Both the position numbers and the translations under genes were made by a program. From the NCBI GenBank assembly GCA_013239625.1, contig MU053379.1, positions 4,111,229 through 4,175,228 of the forward strand: DNA of 64,000 nt, read 5' to 3'. The notes under the pieces were generated by a model. The model was not told where the DNA came from. It searched no databases and saw only the letters and a program-made list of their open reading frames with translations. How positions within the stretch are numbered: position 1 is the stretch's first letter; each line of letters opens with the position of its first letter. Below are positions 1 to 13,169 of this stretch, one piece after another. Origin of the DNA: Lama guanicoe (taxonomy: Eukaryota).

Positions 1-1735
1 GCAAGATGCTCTTCAGAAAAGGGAGCAGCTTTTGGTCCTCTGCATCCTTGCAGGCCCCAGGCGGTGTTGCTGACCAAGCCTGCAACTCAGCGACCCTGGT
101 CTTACCTCCGCTTGTGCAGGCTGAGCGGCGAACCCTCTCCAACCCCATGGGTTTCTCTGAGTTCCGGCCTTCATGGGGAATTTGGTCTGCAGCCGAGGTA
201 CTGAGCTCGGCTGGCGGGGATTTTGTCCCCTCTCCTTTCCCAGTGTCACCTGCGTCCTGGTCCGAAGGCTCCAGCCGTCGGCGCCTGCTTCTTCTCTTCC
301 TCATTCAGACATGTTACCCATGACGAACCCCTCACTCCTTTAACTTCTCGGGCTCTGCTCGCCGGAGGTCACAGCAGCTCAGTCCCCAGTCAGCGGGGCC
401 ATGACGGAGAGTGGCCGAGGCTGAATACAACTCGGGAGAGAGCAGGTGAAGTGTCCACAGGGCTTGCTTTCACGTTATATTCACACCCAAGCATATGCGA
501 TCTGCTCTCGTAAGAAATAACAAAAAAAGCCATGCTTGAAGTTTCCTTTTGCCCTCCAGGTGGAATTCCTGCCTTTCTCCATCCTGCTCTGCTTGGGAGC
601 CTGGTCCTTGTCCACGGCATCTTCCAGCTGGGCTCAGCCAATGGGAATCACCAGCAGGAGATGGGAGGCCGGAGACGGTGAGACTGGGGGATAACCTCCC
701 CAGCCAGGTCCCCCTGTGTCACCGTGGGTTGTTGGCGCCCCTCTGCTGAGGCCTCAGCTCCCATCAGTAGGTTCAGGTACCGGCTTGCTCTGCTGGCCCC
801 ACTGGGCGCAGGGGCTAGAAGAGCCCCCCGTGGCTGGCCCTGGTCCCAGCGCCCTTTCTGCATGCTGCGCGCAGCTGGGAGTGCTCGCCAGGTCCCCCGC
901 TGCCCAGAGCAGAGGCCGCGTGCGGTTTCACGGAGTTACCCAGGTTCACTTGGCACAAGGTCGTTAATTTTATCAAGAAACTTTTAAACCTTTAGTTTCA
1001 AGATCCTACTATCTTTCCAAACACAGAGAAGGAAAAACATGAATAAAAGCACTTCTGTTGTATAAATGTGTTGAGGAAACTACTAAAATGAAGTCCATTT
1101 CAACTTTATTATGGACCCATTTCCGTCATTACCGTAATGATTAACACAGAAGCTGTCAGAGCTGGAGTGCAGGAGAGCGCGGCACGCTCCGTGACACGCA
1201 AGGTCCCGTCCAGATGGGAAGTCTCTCAGGACTGACGAGCGGGGCCCTTCTGGGTCACGGAATCATTTTCTGCCCTTGACAAGTGTCTCCACCCCAAAGG
1301 GGACCCTGGTTTCCCCCCGACATTGAAGGGTGACTTGAGCAAAGTCACTTAAGACAGTTTCTAAAACTCTATTTCTTTGTTTTTTCGTGTTTCTTTATTT
1401 TTCGACTTGTCCATTGCAAAGTTAAGAAAACTTTGAACTCCCTCCTCAGACACAGCATGAACATGCCCGTCCTCACAAAATATGGTCACCGCCTCAGAGG
1501 ACTGTGGGAAAGCTTGTCCCCGCAGTTCCTGGCCCTCAAGTCAGGACCTTCTGAGCTGGGCAGAGACATGTAAGAACACAGCAAGGCCTTTAGAGACCTG
1601 GGTCCGGGGGGCCACAGGCTTGTGGAGACACCCCACACGCAAGCACACCCACCGCTCAGCGTCAGAAGGGGGGCCGCCAGCCTGGAGGCTGGTCACGGCA
1701 ACGGGAGGTGAGTGACACGCAGATGGAAGTACACC

Positions 1736-1908
1736 TGTGTGTGCGTGTGTGTGTGTATGTGTGTGTTTGTGTATGTATGTGTACATTGTACACTTGTGTG
1801 CGCGCATATGTATGTGTGTCCTTCTGTGATGTGTGTGTGCATGTGTGTACACTTGTGAGTATGTGTATATGTGTGTGTGCGTGTGCACAGGCACACACGC
1901 ACACACAC
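1736..1908. repeat. Compound (TG)n/(CA)n microsatellite
   Basis: Degenerate TG run ending in a CA run; it explains the His/Thr and Val/Cys-rich ORFs here. Confidence 0.95.
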
Positions 1909-2660
1909 AAATGTCATTTTAAGTAAATGTTTCCAAGAAATATGTTCTTGTCTCAGATTTGCTGTTTGCAATTAGTAAAATCCAGTCCCAGATCGTCTAG
2001 GGGATGCTCTGCCGGCTCTCGTGTTTCCCCAGCTCCCAGCCCGGACTTGGGGCCTCAGGACACTTGATGCCCCCGCAGGAGGTGTCCGCACCCTGAAGTC
2101 AAACGTGTGAGTCAAGCTCGGCTCCTCACCCGCTCGACGTCCACACTTCTCAGCCCGCCTTGCTGGCCTCGCTTCTGCGTCAGGGTTGGAAACAGAAGCC
2201 ACGTTTCCTCGTCCACACATTCTGACCACTGAGTCTCGGAGCATCTCAGGTGCCCCCCACCTCCCCTTCGGGGTCGAGTTCAGCCCTCCCCCCGCTGCAG
2301 GCCACCCCACCTGCTCACCCCCCACGACCCCCTCAGCTACTGCCAGAGTCTTTCTGCACCCCAGGCCCCCACCTGTTCCAGGAGGACCGTCGAAGCTCCT
2401 CCCTGTCACGCCAGGTCCCGACCACATCAGCCCCACTGTCCTTGCCTCCTGGACAGACAGCCGGGGCACCGGCCCTCGGCCGCCCTCAGCCCCACGGGAC
2501 TCCCGTGACTTACTGCGCCTTCACTTCCGTCTCCGTGGGCCGCGCGTCCCACCCCTTAAGTCTCAGCTTAAACACGTGTCCTCAGGGCCCCCCTGGACCA
2601 GGCCAGGCCAGCTAGTCACTCTCCCCTTCCCGCGGCCGGGGCGCACCTAGCTTCTGCGAC

Positions 2661-2825
2661 AGCACGTGTCACAGGTGGGGTGGCTGTTTATCTGCACATC
2701 CTGCTTCCCCAGAACGGCGTGTGCTCCCTGAGGTGGGGCCACATGTGCAACCAAGTCAAGTGTTTTCCCGGCGCCTGGCATATGGTAAGCAGCCCAGGTA
2801 GATTTATTGATGGAATAAATGAGTG
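2661..2825 (+). mobile_element. L2 LINE 3' end fragment
   Basis: agcacgtgtcaca...gtgtgctccctgagg...gcgcctggcatatggtaagc...atttattgatggaataaatgag resembles the L2 3' terminus. Confidence 0.65.
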
Positions 2826-3354
2826 TGTCCACGTGTCCTTAAGAGACGCACCGGCCCATCTCCGTGGTTACGTGCACTGAGACAGAAGAGCCAGGGCTGT
2901 TCCTGGCTTGCTTTTTGCACATTTTTAGCACCTTTTTGAACTGGGTCATGAATTTTCTGTCACAGCCAGGGGCACATCGGGAAGTGACAGAAGCCCTCCC
3001 TGTTCTAGCCCATCGCTAAGGCTCTCCTCAGACTCACATCTTGAGTAGCTTGAGGGCTCCTCAGGCCCCATGTGTGTGTCTAGGCATGCGTACACGCCTA
3101 CACGCAGGTGCGTGAATACACAAACACGGGCACGTGTGCACCTATGAGCGTGTGTGGCCACATATGCACACGTGCGTAGTTGCATCCAGGTGGCTGTCTG
3201 TGCACGCACACACCTGTGTGTGGGAGGTACCGAGGTGTCCACACACTTGGAGTGACTGGTTCTCTCGTGGTGCCAAGCAAACCACTTCACATCTATTACT
3301 AAGTGAAGTTCCGCAGCCGCCTTTGGGAGGGGCATTATTTCCTAAGTGGGTGTG

Positions 3355-3447
3355 CATCATAGGTAAACTGAGGCTTAGAGCGATTGAATAGCTTCCCCGC
3401 AGGCAAACAGCCAGGGCAGGGGAGCGCCGGGCTCCTGGAATTTAGGG
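3355..3447 (-). mobile_element. MIR SINE core fragment
   Basis: ggtaaactgaggcttagagcgattgaatagcttccc resembles the antisense MIR core. Confidence 0.6.
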
Positions 3448-3939
3448 GAGAAGCGCATCCCTCCCCGTCTGCGGGGCCCCTGCTCCTGCCGCACCCGGCC
3501 CCCCTGCCCCACACCCAGCCTCCCTGCCCCGCACCCAGTCCCTCCACAGCGTCTCTGTCCTGCTCGCCGCCTCACTTGTGCACATTAACTTCCAAGGGGC
3601 TTTATGGCTCAGAAGGCAGATTTACTTTTTGGTGAGAAATAACGACGGAAAATGACGACAAGCCAGTGAAACAGCATCTGGCCTTTGGGGCAGCGGCACT
3701 CGGAGGGGAGATGTAAGCCGGCAAGGCTGTGAGGAGCGGTGGCGGGCGGTCGCCAGGTGACGTGCCTGGTTGGGGCCCGAACACTTACAGGTGGAGAGGC
3801 CGCCATCAGACACACCTAAGGTTCACCTGCACGTGAACTCCAGAATTAGCTGAAAAAGTCAAAGTATACTTGTCTTTTTAGGTTTCATACATATATATTT
3901 TTAAAAATACTTTCTTCAAAAAGTCAAAACACTTAAATC

Positions 3940-4005
3940 TATGTATGTGCGCGCGCACACACGCACACGCATGCACACGCACACGCGCGCACACACACAC
4001 ACACA
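3940..4005. repeat. Alternating purine-pyrimidine (CG/CA)n tract
   Basis: tatgtatgtgcgcgcgcacacacgcacacgcatgcacacgcacacgcgcgcacacacacacacaca. Confidence 0.95.
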
Positions 4006-5754
4006 GGTACGTCCCCTCACAAGTGCTCACACACTCATCCCCAAACTGTGCTGCAGGAAACACTGGCCTCTTTTCTTTTTCATAACTTTCTAAACAGAGG
4101 CCTGATCGCATGTAACGGGCAGTCAGGCGAACAGCGCGGCGACGCAGCGTCTGTACACGCGGCAACACGAGCACCACGGTCGGTCTGGTGACACCCACCT
4201 TTCCTCTAACAGGTGTGGGAACCACCTCTGCTCCTCTGATGGAGCGAACGCTCGTAGCTTCTCTGAAGATCACAACCTGCTCTCACCTAAAGCAAATCAG
4301 AAGCACATCCAGCCTGTTCCACCGACTCCTCTGGAGACACGGGCGGAAGACTGGCCTCTGCTGACGTGACAGCCGTGTCCCTGAATCCAACGAGGCCACA
4401 ACCCTCCCGCAGGGGTGAGAAGGAAGAGGCCAGAATGCCCTGCTGCACTCCCCAATGAACAACCGACGTGAGGCGGAGCGGAACGAAGCGGGGCTCAGCC
4501 CTGGAGGTGCACCCAAGGCCGACCCCGAGATTTGGGACCATCACGCGGCTGGAGAAATTCAGGAAATGTTGGCTGAAAAGGTGCATCCGTGTGTTGATCA
4601 GTGACCGAGGCTGGGATGGTCACACAGCCCCCCATCTCCTCCAGCTCCCTCCAGCACGGCGCCCGCCACCCGGCCTGAGGGTCCGCGGTAGTGGTAAGAG
4701 TAGCTGGGGACTGGTGAGCCAATCGGGTGAAAAACGGGCAGCCGGCCCGAGACAGGAGCCCAGCGACACTCCCCCAAAGCGGAGGGGCCGACCGACGCGT
4801 TCGCTGTCTCCCCACAGCTTTGCTTTTGTCCTCGGCCCAGTCTGTCATGAGGATGCAGAGAAAACGCTGTGTCACTGCCGCCGCCCGGAGCCCCCCGGGT
4901 CCTCGGGGGGGAGTGGGCGCCACGGCCGCGCTCCGGGCCCTGCCCTTCCCCTGTCCGCCTAGACGGGACGGCCTAGACGGCGAAGGAGCACCCAAGCCCC
5001 TCTCTGCCTGAAAGTCCTGCCCTGCGGGCTGCGCTCCCCGGACGCCCAGGGGAGAACACAGGTGCTTCTTCCCCTCTGAGCCCAGGAGACGCGTCCCCAA
5101 AAGGCAAGAATTAAGAGCCTGTTGGGCGTGGTAAACACGGTAGCAAAGGTGCAGTGGGTCGCCCCTAAGCAGCCCCTGGAGGGGCCAGCCTGGACGGCCG
5201 GTTTGAAGACCACTCAGCTGGGCGGCCCTCGCGGGGTCTTTCCTGGAGCGACAATCACATGGCAGCTGGGGTGGAGCCAGCTCCGGGGAGACCCCAGCAG
5301 CTGCGGTCCTAGGCCTCTCCTCTCTCTCTGTCGTGTCCCCTCAGGGCTTGTCCCCAGCGACTCCGGGCCTCCAGGCTGCGTGAACCGGGGAAGAGCTTCA
5401 CGCGGGACTGGCCCCGCTCTTCCGGCGTGGGTGGCGTGCGGGGAAGCCCTCCCACCCCGTCCCGTTCGCTGGAGCCCACTACGACCAGCGCCACGCAGGC
5501 GGAGGGGAGGGCCTCGCCTCCCCACTGTGGGAGGGTTTCAGAGCACGTGAGGACAAGTTTAGGCCATCCCACCCGTCGAGACGGGGCCTCCGACCAGGCC
5601 TTTGACGCACCCCTTCCTTCTCCTTTCTGCCTCCTGCCTTTCTCCCGTCCGCGGGTCCCCGAGCGCAGAGCCAGGAAAGGGCTAGGACCTCGCGGAGCCT
5701 CCAGAATGCCGGCTGCCCCTGGCGCATGTGCACAGAGAAGAGCTGAGCCGGGCG

Positions 5755-6078
5755 CAGACGCACCTTGGACAGACCGTGGGTTTGTTTCCAGACCCACAAT
5801 AAAGCAGATACTGCAACAAAGCCGGTCACACTGTGCACTCGTGCACAGACCCACTGTGTGTGATCATGCTGCTTCTATGATGCTGTGGTCTATCACATCT
5901 GCGCTAGAGTGATGTCTAAAAAAGACCGTGTGGGCCATCATTTAAAAATACTTCATTGCTAAAAAGTACTAACATTTGACAATGCAGGTGACCAAAAACC
6001 TTCAGTTTGTTTAAAAAAAAAAAAAGTGGTGTCTACCAGGTGCAGTAAAGCAAAGGGCAAGAAAAAAAGGTGTGTCTG
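5755..6078 (-). mobile_element. Tigger1 internal-deletion derivative (TcMar-Tigger DNA transposon)
   Basis: Both Tigger1 ends are joined: ttccagacccacaataaagc...atttaaaaatacttcattgctaaaaa and aaccttcagtttg...gcagtaaagcaaagggcaa...aggtgtgtctg. Degenerate TIRs: cagacgcacct / aggtgtgtctg. Confidence 0.8.
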
Positions 6079-6330
6079 GCACTGGACCCATTCAACCTGC
6101 CCTCGATAGCATGGCCAGCAGGAGAGCCCCTGGACGCGTCTACCTGCAGCGGAAAACAAGAGAATTGACCCAAAGTACTGCCCCCCGGGTGGCTCAGAGG
6201 GGAGGGTCAAGAAGCGACAGGCTCGCCACCCGTGTCATGGTCACGCTGGGGCCAGACGCCCGCTTGTTGGAGGGCTATGTTGGCCGCATTGTAGAGGGCT
6301 ATCGGGCGGCCTGAGTGTGGGAGAGCAGTG

Positions 6331-6560
6331 GTGCCCAGACTCACTCCCTGCAGACGGGCCTCCCTGAGATGGAGACCACGTGCGGCTGTGCATTACAGAC
6401 AGTCTCTGGGACCCGGGCCTGAGGGGGAGTCCCAGAGGACTTCATAGGGGTCCTGCCCGCAGTGGGGTGTCTCTTCAGAGTGGCCCCAAGGATGGCCCAG
6501 ACACCTGGCCTTTGTACACAAGCATCAGGGGTCCCTGGATGTCGTGCCCAAAAGGGACAT
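6331..6560 (-). mobile_element. Possible ERVL LTR16-like fragment
   Basis: ctccctgcagacgggcctccctgagatggagaccacgtgc resembles the antisense LTR16 end; heavily diverged. Confidence 0.35.
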
Positions 6561-6639
6561 GAGCTGGCCTCTGGGGGCAGCTGGCCTCCTTGAAAGGGCT
6601 GACACAAAGCCCATCGGCCTGCGATGCTCCCCGCAGCCG

Positions 6640-6780
6640 GGAATCCCTCCGTCCACAAGTGACAAGCCCCTCCCCCGGGGCTCTGTCCAGCGGCTCTGGG
6701 ATGGAGCCTGGGGATCCACATTTCCAGGAGGCATCCTGCTGGTCCTGACTCACAGCCTGGTCTCTCGAGCACCGGCCGGT
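6640..6780 (-). mobile_element. MER5A-like hAT-Charlie fragment
   Basis: ctctgggatggagcctggggatccacatttccagg...gctggtcc resembles MER5A. Confidence 0.45.
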
Positions 6781-9700
6781 GGCTCTGAGGCCCTCCCAAG
6801 ACCCGCAGAGGCCAGGATGCTGGTCTGAAGGCGCCCCCCGGCTGAGTGTTAGGATGCAGTGAGCATGCTGCGAAACTCACGCAGTCAAGCTGGACATCAG
6901 CACCCCGACTGTCCAGAGTCACCCCAGTTCATCAGTGGCTGTCCGAGCCAGGGCGTGGGCCAGTCCCACGAGACGGATAGAGTGCTCAGGGCCCCGTTTC
7001 TTGCCTCCTAGGGCTGGCACGCTCCGCCGGCCCTGTAGCTCCCCGCAGCCGGCTCTCAGGGAGAGCCTGCTGGGTGGAAGCTCCTGCTCCCTGAACTGGC
7101 CGGCTCCCCAGCCGGAGAAGACAGCCCCACTGTAACCACACTGAGCCGGAGCGGGCGCGGGGGCAGGGGCAGGGCGCCGGCACAACGGGCTCTTCTGTCA
7201 GCGAGGGCGCAGCTCTGCCCTGCCTTCTCCTGTGTGCTTTGGCACTTTCGGCATGGCTGTAAAATTTATCCAAGGAAAACTGGCATTTATCTTGGGCTCA
7301 CTCACAGCCGGCAAAACTGATAAACAGATGGGGGTCGGCAGGCCACGGTCAATTTGGTCAGCACCTCACAGAATACAAATGTCACCCTTTATTCCTGCTG
7401 GGCTGATTTACTGCTGGCGGGAAGTTACCAGTCTGTTATGTTCCAACAGATCATCGCACCGTTTAAAGGATCCAGTCCCGTTTCCGTGAGGTTCTATCCA
7501 TCACACAGTGCTGTGTCGGGGGCGGGGCGTGGAAAGGGGACTTCTGGCACCAGTGGCCATAAAGGACCAAAATAGCCCTGCTGGGCCTGCGTGTGCACAC
7601 AGGACACTTATCTGTGAGGTCATGGAGGGGAAAAAGAGAGAAGGGAAGAAAGAGACCCGCCAGCTCTGATGCAGGGGGATCAAAATTCAGCCCAAACGTC
7701 CCACCCGGCGGCTTGGAGCTTCTCCTTTTGTGTCCCGGCTAAAGGCACTGGGAGGATCAGAGCCCTCAGCCGCTCTGTTTACTTTGGGAACAATGTCTGG
7801 TGTATGAATACTGATGCCTCTGACCACGGCTAATTGAATTGCAGCGGGCGGGCGGTGGGAGGCAGCGAGGGGCTCTGCCGGCCAGTCCTTCACCGCGGCA
7901 GCTTCTCGAGGAGCCTCGGACAGTGATGGATGCTCCCGTGTCCCCGAGAGCCCCCTCGAACACCTAAGAGGCAGCTATGAACCTGCATCCTGAATTTCTA
8001 TTAACCAGGCCTCCTGGAGAGGCGGCGGATGTCAGGGGTCAGGCGCTGGGCGGTTGAAAGGGAGGGGAGGCAGCCCTCTCCCCAGGCTCCCCTCCTCACC
8101 TGACTTAGGTGAGCCCTGGGCAAGGGGGTGGACCAGGAAATCTCTGTCTGGTGCCCGCGCAGGCCGAGGGGGGCTGCCTCTGCTGAGGCCGGGCCCATGG
8201 AAAGTCCGGGGCTTGTCTGGGAGCAGTGAGAGCCCCTTCTTGGAAAACAAAAAAGGCAAGCCCACCAAAGGCCTGGCCCAGAGAAGGCCGTTTTGAGGCT
8301 GGCACAGGAGGTGAAGGGGAGGCAGGAGAAGTCAGACTCTGACGCTTCCCCGTCCTAACAAAGGATCACACGCGGACCCTCGGGTGTGGCCGTCCTGGGC
8401 GCCTGCCTGTGCTGTGTTTACACAGCAGAACCGCGCAGCTGGGCCCCGGGGCTCAGTGGGACTCTGTCCTCCCAGCGAGGAGCTGACCCCTGCTGCACCG
8501 CCATCGGGGACGCACACACCACCCACCTGCCCGGAGGTCTGGACGCCGCGGGGGCCACCCGGTCCCAGGGCCACTGGCCTCCCTGCTGGGAGCACTGGGT
8601 CTGGCCTTCTCGAGGCCAGCCTGGGGCCGGACCCTCTCCTGAGAGCTGCCTCCCCGGCCATCCCCGGAGGCAGAGGCCGGCACCCGGCTCCGTCCAGGCG
8701 CAGGGGCTGCTTCCTGGTGGAGCTCGGCCCGAGACCACGGCTGCCTGGTATCCGGAAAGCCTGGACTCTAAATTCACCCCCAGCGCTTTTGCAGTAATTC
8801 CTCACCAGCTTATTACGCTTTAAAAACATAGCCGTAAGCGTCACCATCAGCAGGGATTTTCCTGTCCCCAGGCATCCCAGCTCCGTTCCCCCGTTCACCC
8901 AGGTGACGGCCTCTGCCCGCTCTGAGCTTCGCAGAAATGAGGAGGCCTTGTTCTTATGAAGAGGTAGTTTTTGAGACTTCTAAAACGATTGTTTTGCGTC
9001 CCTGTTTGTCCGTTATCTGTCTACCTACGTATCTGTCTCTGTGCGTGTGTGTGTGTCTATCCATCTGACTGTCCATCTCGGAGAATAAAGTCAGCCCCGA
9101 GGGGAAGGCAGGTGCTCAGGGAGGAGCAGCGGACAGGATGCTGGTGCATGACGCCTGACGTCTGTGGGCAACTCTGAATCTGCGCAGAAAAGCCCTGTTT
9201 CCACACGTGCTGCTCCCTAACCCACGTGACCGAACAGACCAGAAGACATGTGAGGAAGAGGGTGATGTTCCCTCGCTTGCACCAAACGTGACACATCTTC
9301 AGTCCCGTCATCCGGGCTGTTTCGGGTTGCAGCCCCGGTTCCCCAGCCCCAGCCCAACGCCGTGAGCAGACGGCACGACCACCCCGGCGCGGGCCGTCCC
9401 GGGGTTAAGATATTCCACCGAGAGCCCCTTGGCGCTTCCTCGCCGATGTTCACAGCCACTGTTCTTGCGCTCTGAGTACCAAACAAAGGGGCAGCGCTGG
9501 CTTAGCGGCTGCCCAAGTGAGGGGTGAGTGAGCGGACGTAGTCACCCCCGCAACTCGGATTTGGGAAAGAGCCATTCCAGACCTTTGCCCGGAAGCCAGC
9601 TTGTCCCCTCTGTGAGGAAGCAGCAGACTTGATGATGAAAGACAGCAGAAACTTGTCTAATTTCTGGAAAAACTGCAGAAGACGGCCTGTCTGGCCCGAG

Positions 9701-10689
9701 ACTGTCCCAGCCCTGGTCACCCCGCCCCCTTTGGCTCCCAGGCCTGGAGGCAAGTTGTGCCTTTTGACTGAGGGTCTTGATTGAGACCCCCACCCAGAAT
9801 CTTCCTCCCCCTACACCGCCCTGTTACGGCATCACACTCTGGCCAGGTACCCCCCGCCTCCTCTACCCTATGAAAGGCAGCTCGAAGGCCTATTTAAGGG
9901 GAAGATGACCCAGGCAGAGGAGGGCTGCGGGGGAGACAGTGGGGTTTCTGAGACAAGAGAGGAGAGTGATTCGGAGAAGGTGTGCTCCGTCACTGCACGG
10001 TGTCGCCGAGACCTGCACCTGCCAAGGCAGAGCTTCCCGCACCATGAACGGCCTGGCAGGCGGAAACTAGTTACAAACGGGAGATTCCTTTTCTGTGAAA
10101 GTCAACCTGCACGAGCTAGCTGGGGCTACAGGGAAGTAACGAGGCTTTAATCTGAATACGCTTCCTTCACACCGTGCTCTGAGCACTTCCAGTGTCCCCA
10201 GAGCACTTGCATCCTCCTGGTCACCGAGGAGAAGACATGACTGTCATCCCCACTCAGGGACCACAGGACCCCCACGCTCATGTCTAACGGGGACGTTCTT
10301 CACCGGGACCCCCGGATGGGCGTTTGGGGTGTCTGAAAACGTCCAGGGCTCAGACTTGGAGGACGCTCACGACAGAGGGCTCGTGGTGACCGGCGGAATT
10401 AGAACCGGGTGGGTCACCAGATGCACGGGTCACCAAACGCCTGGGGGTTCCTGGAAGGCCTCGGGCTCCCAGGTGTTGTAACAAAGGCAAGACTCAGGCC
10501 TCCAGGTGACAAGTCACCTTCCTCTGTTCCATCCAGGGACTGCTCTTCCAGGCCCTCAGGCACAGTTAGCCGGCACGGGGGAGCAATGCAACCTTCTCGA
10601 GGCTCCAACTACTGAGACGTAAGAGGCAGGTCCTTCGCTGAGTAATCTACTTCTGTGCGTCTGCTCAATACAAAAACATACGCTTTTGC

Positions 10690-11060
10690 AAAGTCTCGTT
10701 CAGGGCCATTCATTGCGGCTTTCTCTGGAACAGCCACAGCAGAGGTGGGCTTCCAGCCAGGACCAGGTGTCCGCTAAAAGCAGAAAGACGCATGTGTGGC
10801 AGCTAAAGTGGGAAACCACTCTAGGTGTCTCATTAAGTGCCTAAAGAGCTATATAGACAGAAACACCCCCATTTTATAAGATGATTGTTTTATGAAATAA
10901 CAATCACACATTGATGTGGTAGAAACCTTTATGGAAGCAAACACTCGAATCAGCTAGGAGTGGTCACCTCACCTCTGGGGCTGAGGTCAGAGAGGAGCCC
11001 ACTGTCCACGTTAAGTCGACCTGAATCTTTAAAGGTTCTTTAAATCTTTATTTCTTAATG
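10690..11060 (+). mobile_element. Old L1 (L1ME-like) 3' fragment
   Basis: attcattgcggctt...aacagc, tgggaaaccactctaggtgtctca, and gagtggtcacctc...ctgggg follow the order of old L1 3' ends. Confidence 0.45.
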
Positions 11061-11306
11061 GATATGTGAATTTTAACAGAGAAGAAGATACTCAAAAGTT
11101 ACTGTTTTTCTCAAAAAATACCCAGTGCTCACACCGCCAGCGAGCAATCAGATTTTAAAGCATCTGCACTGTGACGCCATCTAAGCTAGTTTCTCACTGG
11201 AATTTTTTTATGACTCAAGAGGTAATTACATTCGTTACTGCTTCCTCTCACACCTGTTCCTAAGCCTCCTTTCCCTGCCGCACTGACGCCCGAAATTGCT
11301 TTAATA

Positions 11307-11745
11307 AAGTCGGTCCGCAGAACTCACGGAGTCCATGTTTGTGTGTTGGCCAGTTCTCGTGCTGTAAACAAGGGTCCTTTTAGTGTCGTGTTGGTGGCAT
11401 CTGGGAATTTTGCTGGTGACCCCCCTGTTTTAAATGACCCCGAGCCCCCCACTGAATTGCCACCTCGTGTCCCTAGGAGCTGTGATGCACCTTGTGGAGA
11501 AACGTGGGTCAGCGAGCTGCCTCGGCGCTGTTGGCCGTGAGTTCCCTGTTAATGAGTCAACAACGCACATAGAATTAGGTGTCTTCTCGTTTAAGTAAAC
11601 AGAGCTCTGGATGGATTTTGTTGGAAATACTGTGACCGCAGGCTGGTAGGAACCGACCCCTGATTCCCCGGGAGCGGAGGTTCAGCGCTTGCCGAGACTC
11701 CAGAGCACAGCGAGGCCACCAGGAGTGCCGAGCGGGCTCCGTCTG
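11307..11745 (+). mobile_element. MER82-like TcMar-Tigger element, internally deleted
   Basis: ctgtaaacaagggtcctttt, gctgtgatgcaccttgtggagaaa, gctgttggccgtgagttccctgttaatgagtcaacaa and tgtgaccgcaggctggtaggaacc occur in recalled MER82 order. Confidence 0.7.
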
Positions 11746-12130
11746 GACGGCGTGCTCGCCCGCCGCCCCGCTGGGACTCGCACCCCGGGGCCGGAGAGTC
11801 GGGGCTCCGCCCGGTAGCCAGCCTCAGGTGAGGGCGCAGGTGCCCGGGACACGGGGGCGGCTCAGGGCGCTCAGGGACCCAGCCCGTCCCCGTCCGCAGT
11901 CCAGCCACGCCCACGTCCAGCCTCTGGGCAGGGCTCCCGGGGGGAGGCGGACGGGGTGCCAGGACGGACTCCGGGGGCGAGGGAGCCCCTGGAACGCCGC
12001 CGGGGCTCCCCTGAGTGCTGTCCCGGGGAGCACAGGGGCAGCAGTCCCCGTAAGGCCGGGTCCGGCGCGCTTCCCGGGGAGGAGGTGGGAGAGCTCGCTG
12101 ATCACAGAACAGAGGAGGCCGTGAGCGCCC
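11690..12130. promoter_or_regulatory. CpG-rich, very GC-rich patch (CpG-island-like)
   Basis: Dense CpG by inspection; O/E not computed and function unknown. Confidence 0.45.
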
Positions 12131-12513
12131 GCACTGGAGCATTTGCTCTCGGATTTGTTCTCCGGGTAACTTGGCAGCCAGCCTTCCCCACAACAAGCTT
12201 TGCAGGGGGCCGCGAGTGTTAGAGGGAGCAAGCTCCACCTGGAGAACTGAGGCATCTCTTGGGCCAAACTAAAGCCACTGTGGCCTTGGCAGCTTGTCCC
12301 CTCATCCCCTGTGCAACACACTGGATGCTGTGAAATAAAATTACGATGGCCAAAGTCATCTCCCAAAGGGCCAAGAGCTGTGTGGCAGCTGCACCGGAGA
12401 CAGCCCTGGGTTACCAGGAAGCAGCGCGGGCGGGGCCGCCGGGCTCACGGGCGTCCCTCCCACACCCTGCTGCCAGGGCGCTTGCTCGCACCTGCAGCAA
12501 CAGGAGCACATGC

Positions 12514-13169
12514 CGGTGGCCTTCTGTGTCGGCAGGTTCCGCGTCCCTGGGTTCATAAGAAACATTAAAAAAACACAGATTCTATTTACAAACCAAAAAC
12601 GAGACTCACAGACATAGAAAACAAACTACGGTTACCAAAGGGGAAAGACCAGAGGGGGATAAATTAGGGGCTGGGGTTAACAGATACACACTATTCTATT
12701 TATCTGGATAAACCACAAGGACCTACTGTACAGCACAGAGAACTATATTCAGTATCTTGTAATAACATACAATGGAAAAGAATCTGAAAAGGAAAGTGTA
12801 CATATGTATGTACATGTATAACTGAATCACTTTGCTGTGCCCCTGAAACTAGCATTGTAAGTCAACTACACGTCAATAAAATTCTTTTTAAAAGAAGAAA
12901 TACTCTGAAAAAAAAATCTGCACAGTTTCAAAATGGAAACTTGAATTTGCCTTACACGGGCAAGTATGTAGCATTTACATTGTATTCACAGCTATTTACA
13001 TGGTATTAGGTATTAGAGACAATCTAGAGATGATTTAAAGGTTAGGGAGGACGTGTGTCAGCTGTATGCAAACATACACCAGCTCACACAAGGGGCCTGA
13101 ACATACAAGGATTTCCGTACCCATGGGGGGTCCTGGAGTCAATGCCCTTTGGGTACCAGGGGACAAGTG
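12514..13169 (-). mobile_element. MER2B-like TcMar-Tigger element, split by an L1
   Basis: Left end ggccttctgtgtcggcaggttccgcgtccctgggttca. After the L1: aaacttgaatttgcc, tagcatttacattgta, aatctagagatgatttaaag, ggggtcctggagtcaat...gggacaagtg. Confidence 0.75.
12566..12893 (+). mobile_element. LINE-1 3'UTR fragment (artiodactyl-type)
   Basis: agactcacagacatagaaaacaaactacggttaccaaaggggaaag...caaggacctactgtacagcacag...actgaatcactttgctgt...aataaa. Confidence 0.9.

Noticed and set aside
745..758. 14-bp palindrome gctgaggcctcagc
   Set aside because: A few perfect palindromes of this length are expected by chance in 64 kb, and there is no supporting context.
1541..1971. His/Thr- and Cys/Val-rich ORFs (also 47625-48471)
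   Set aside because: They are translations of CA/TG microsatellites.
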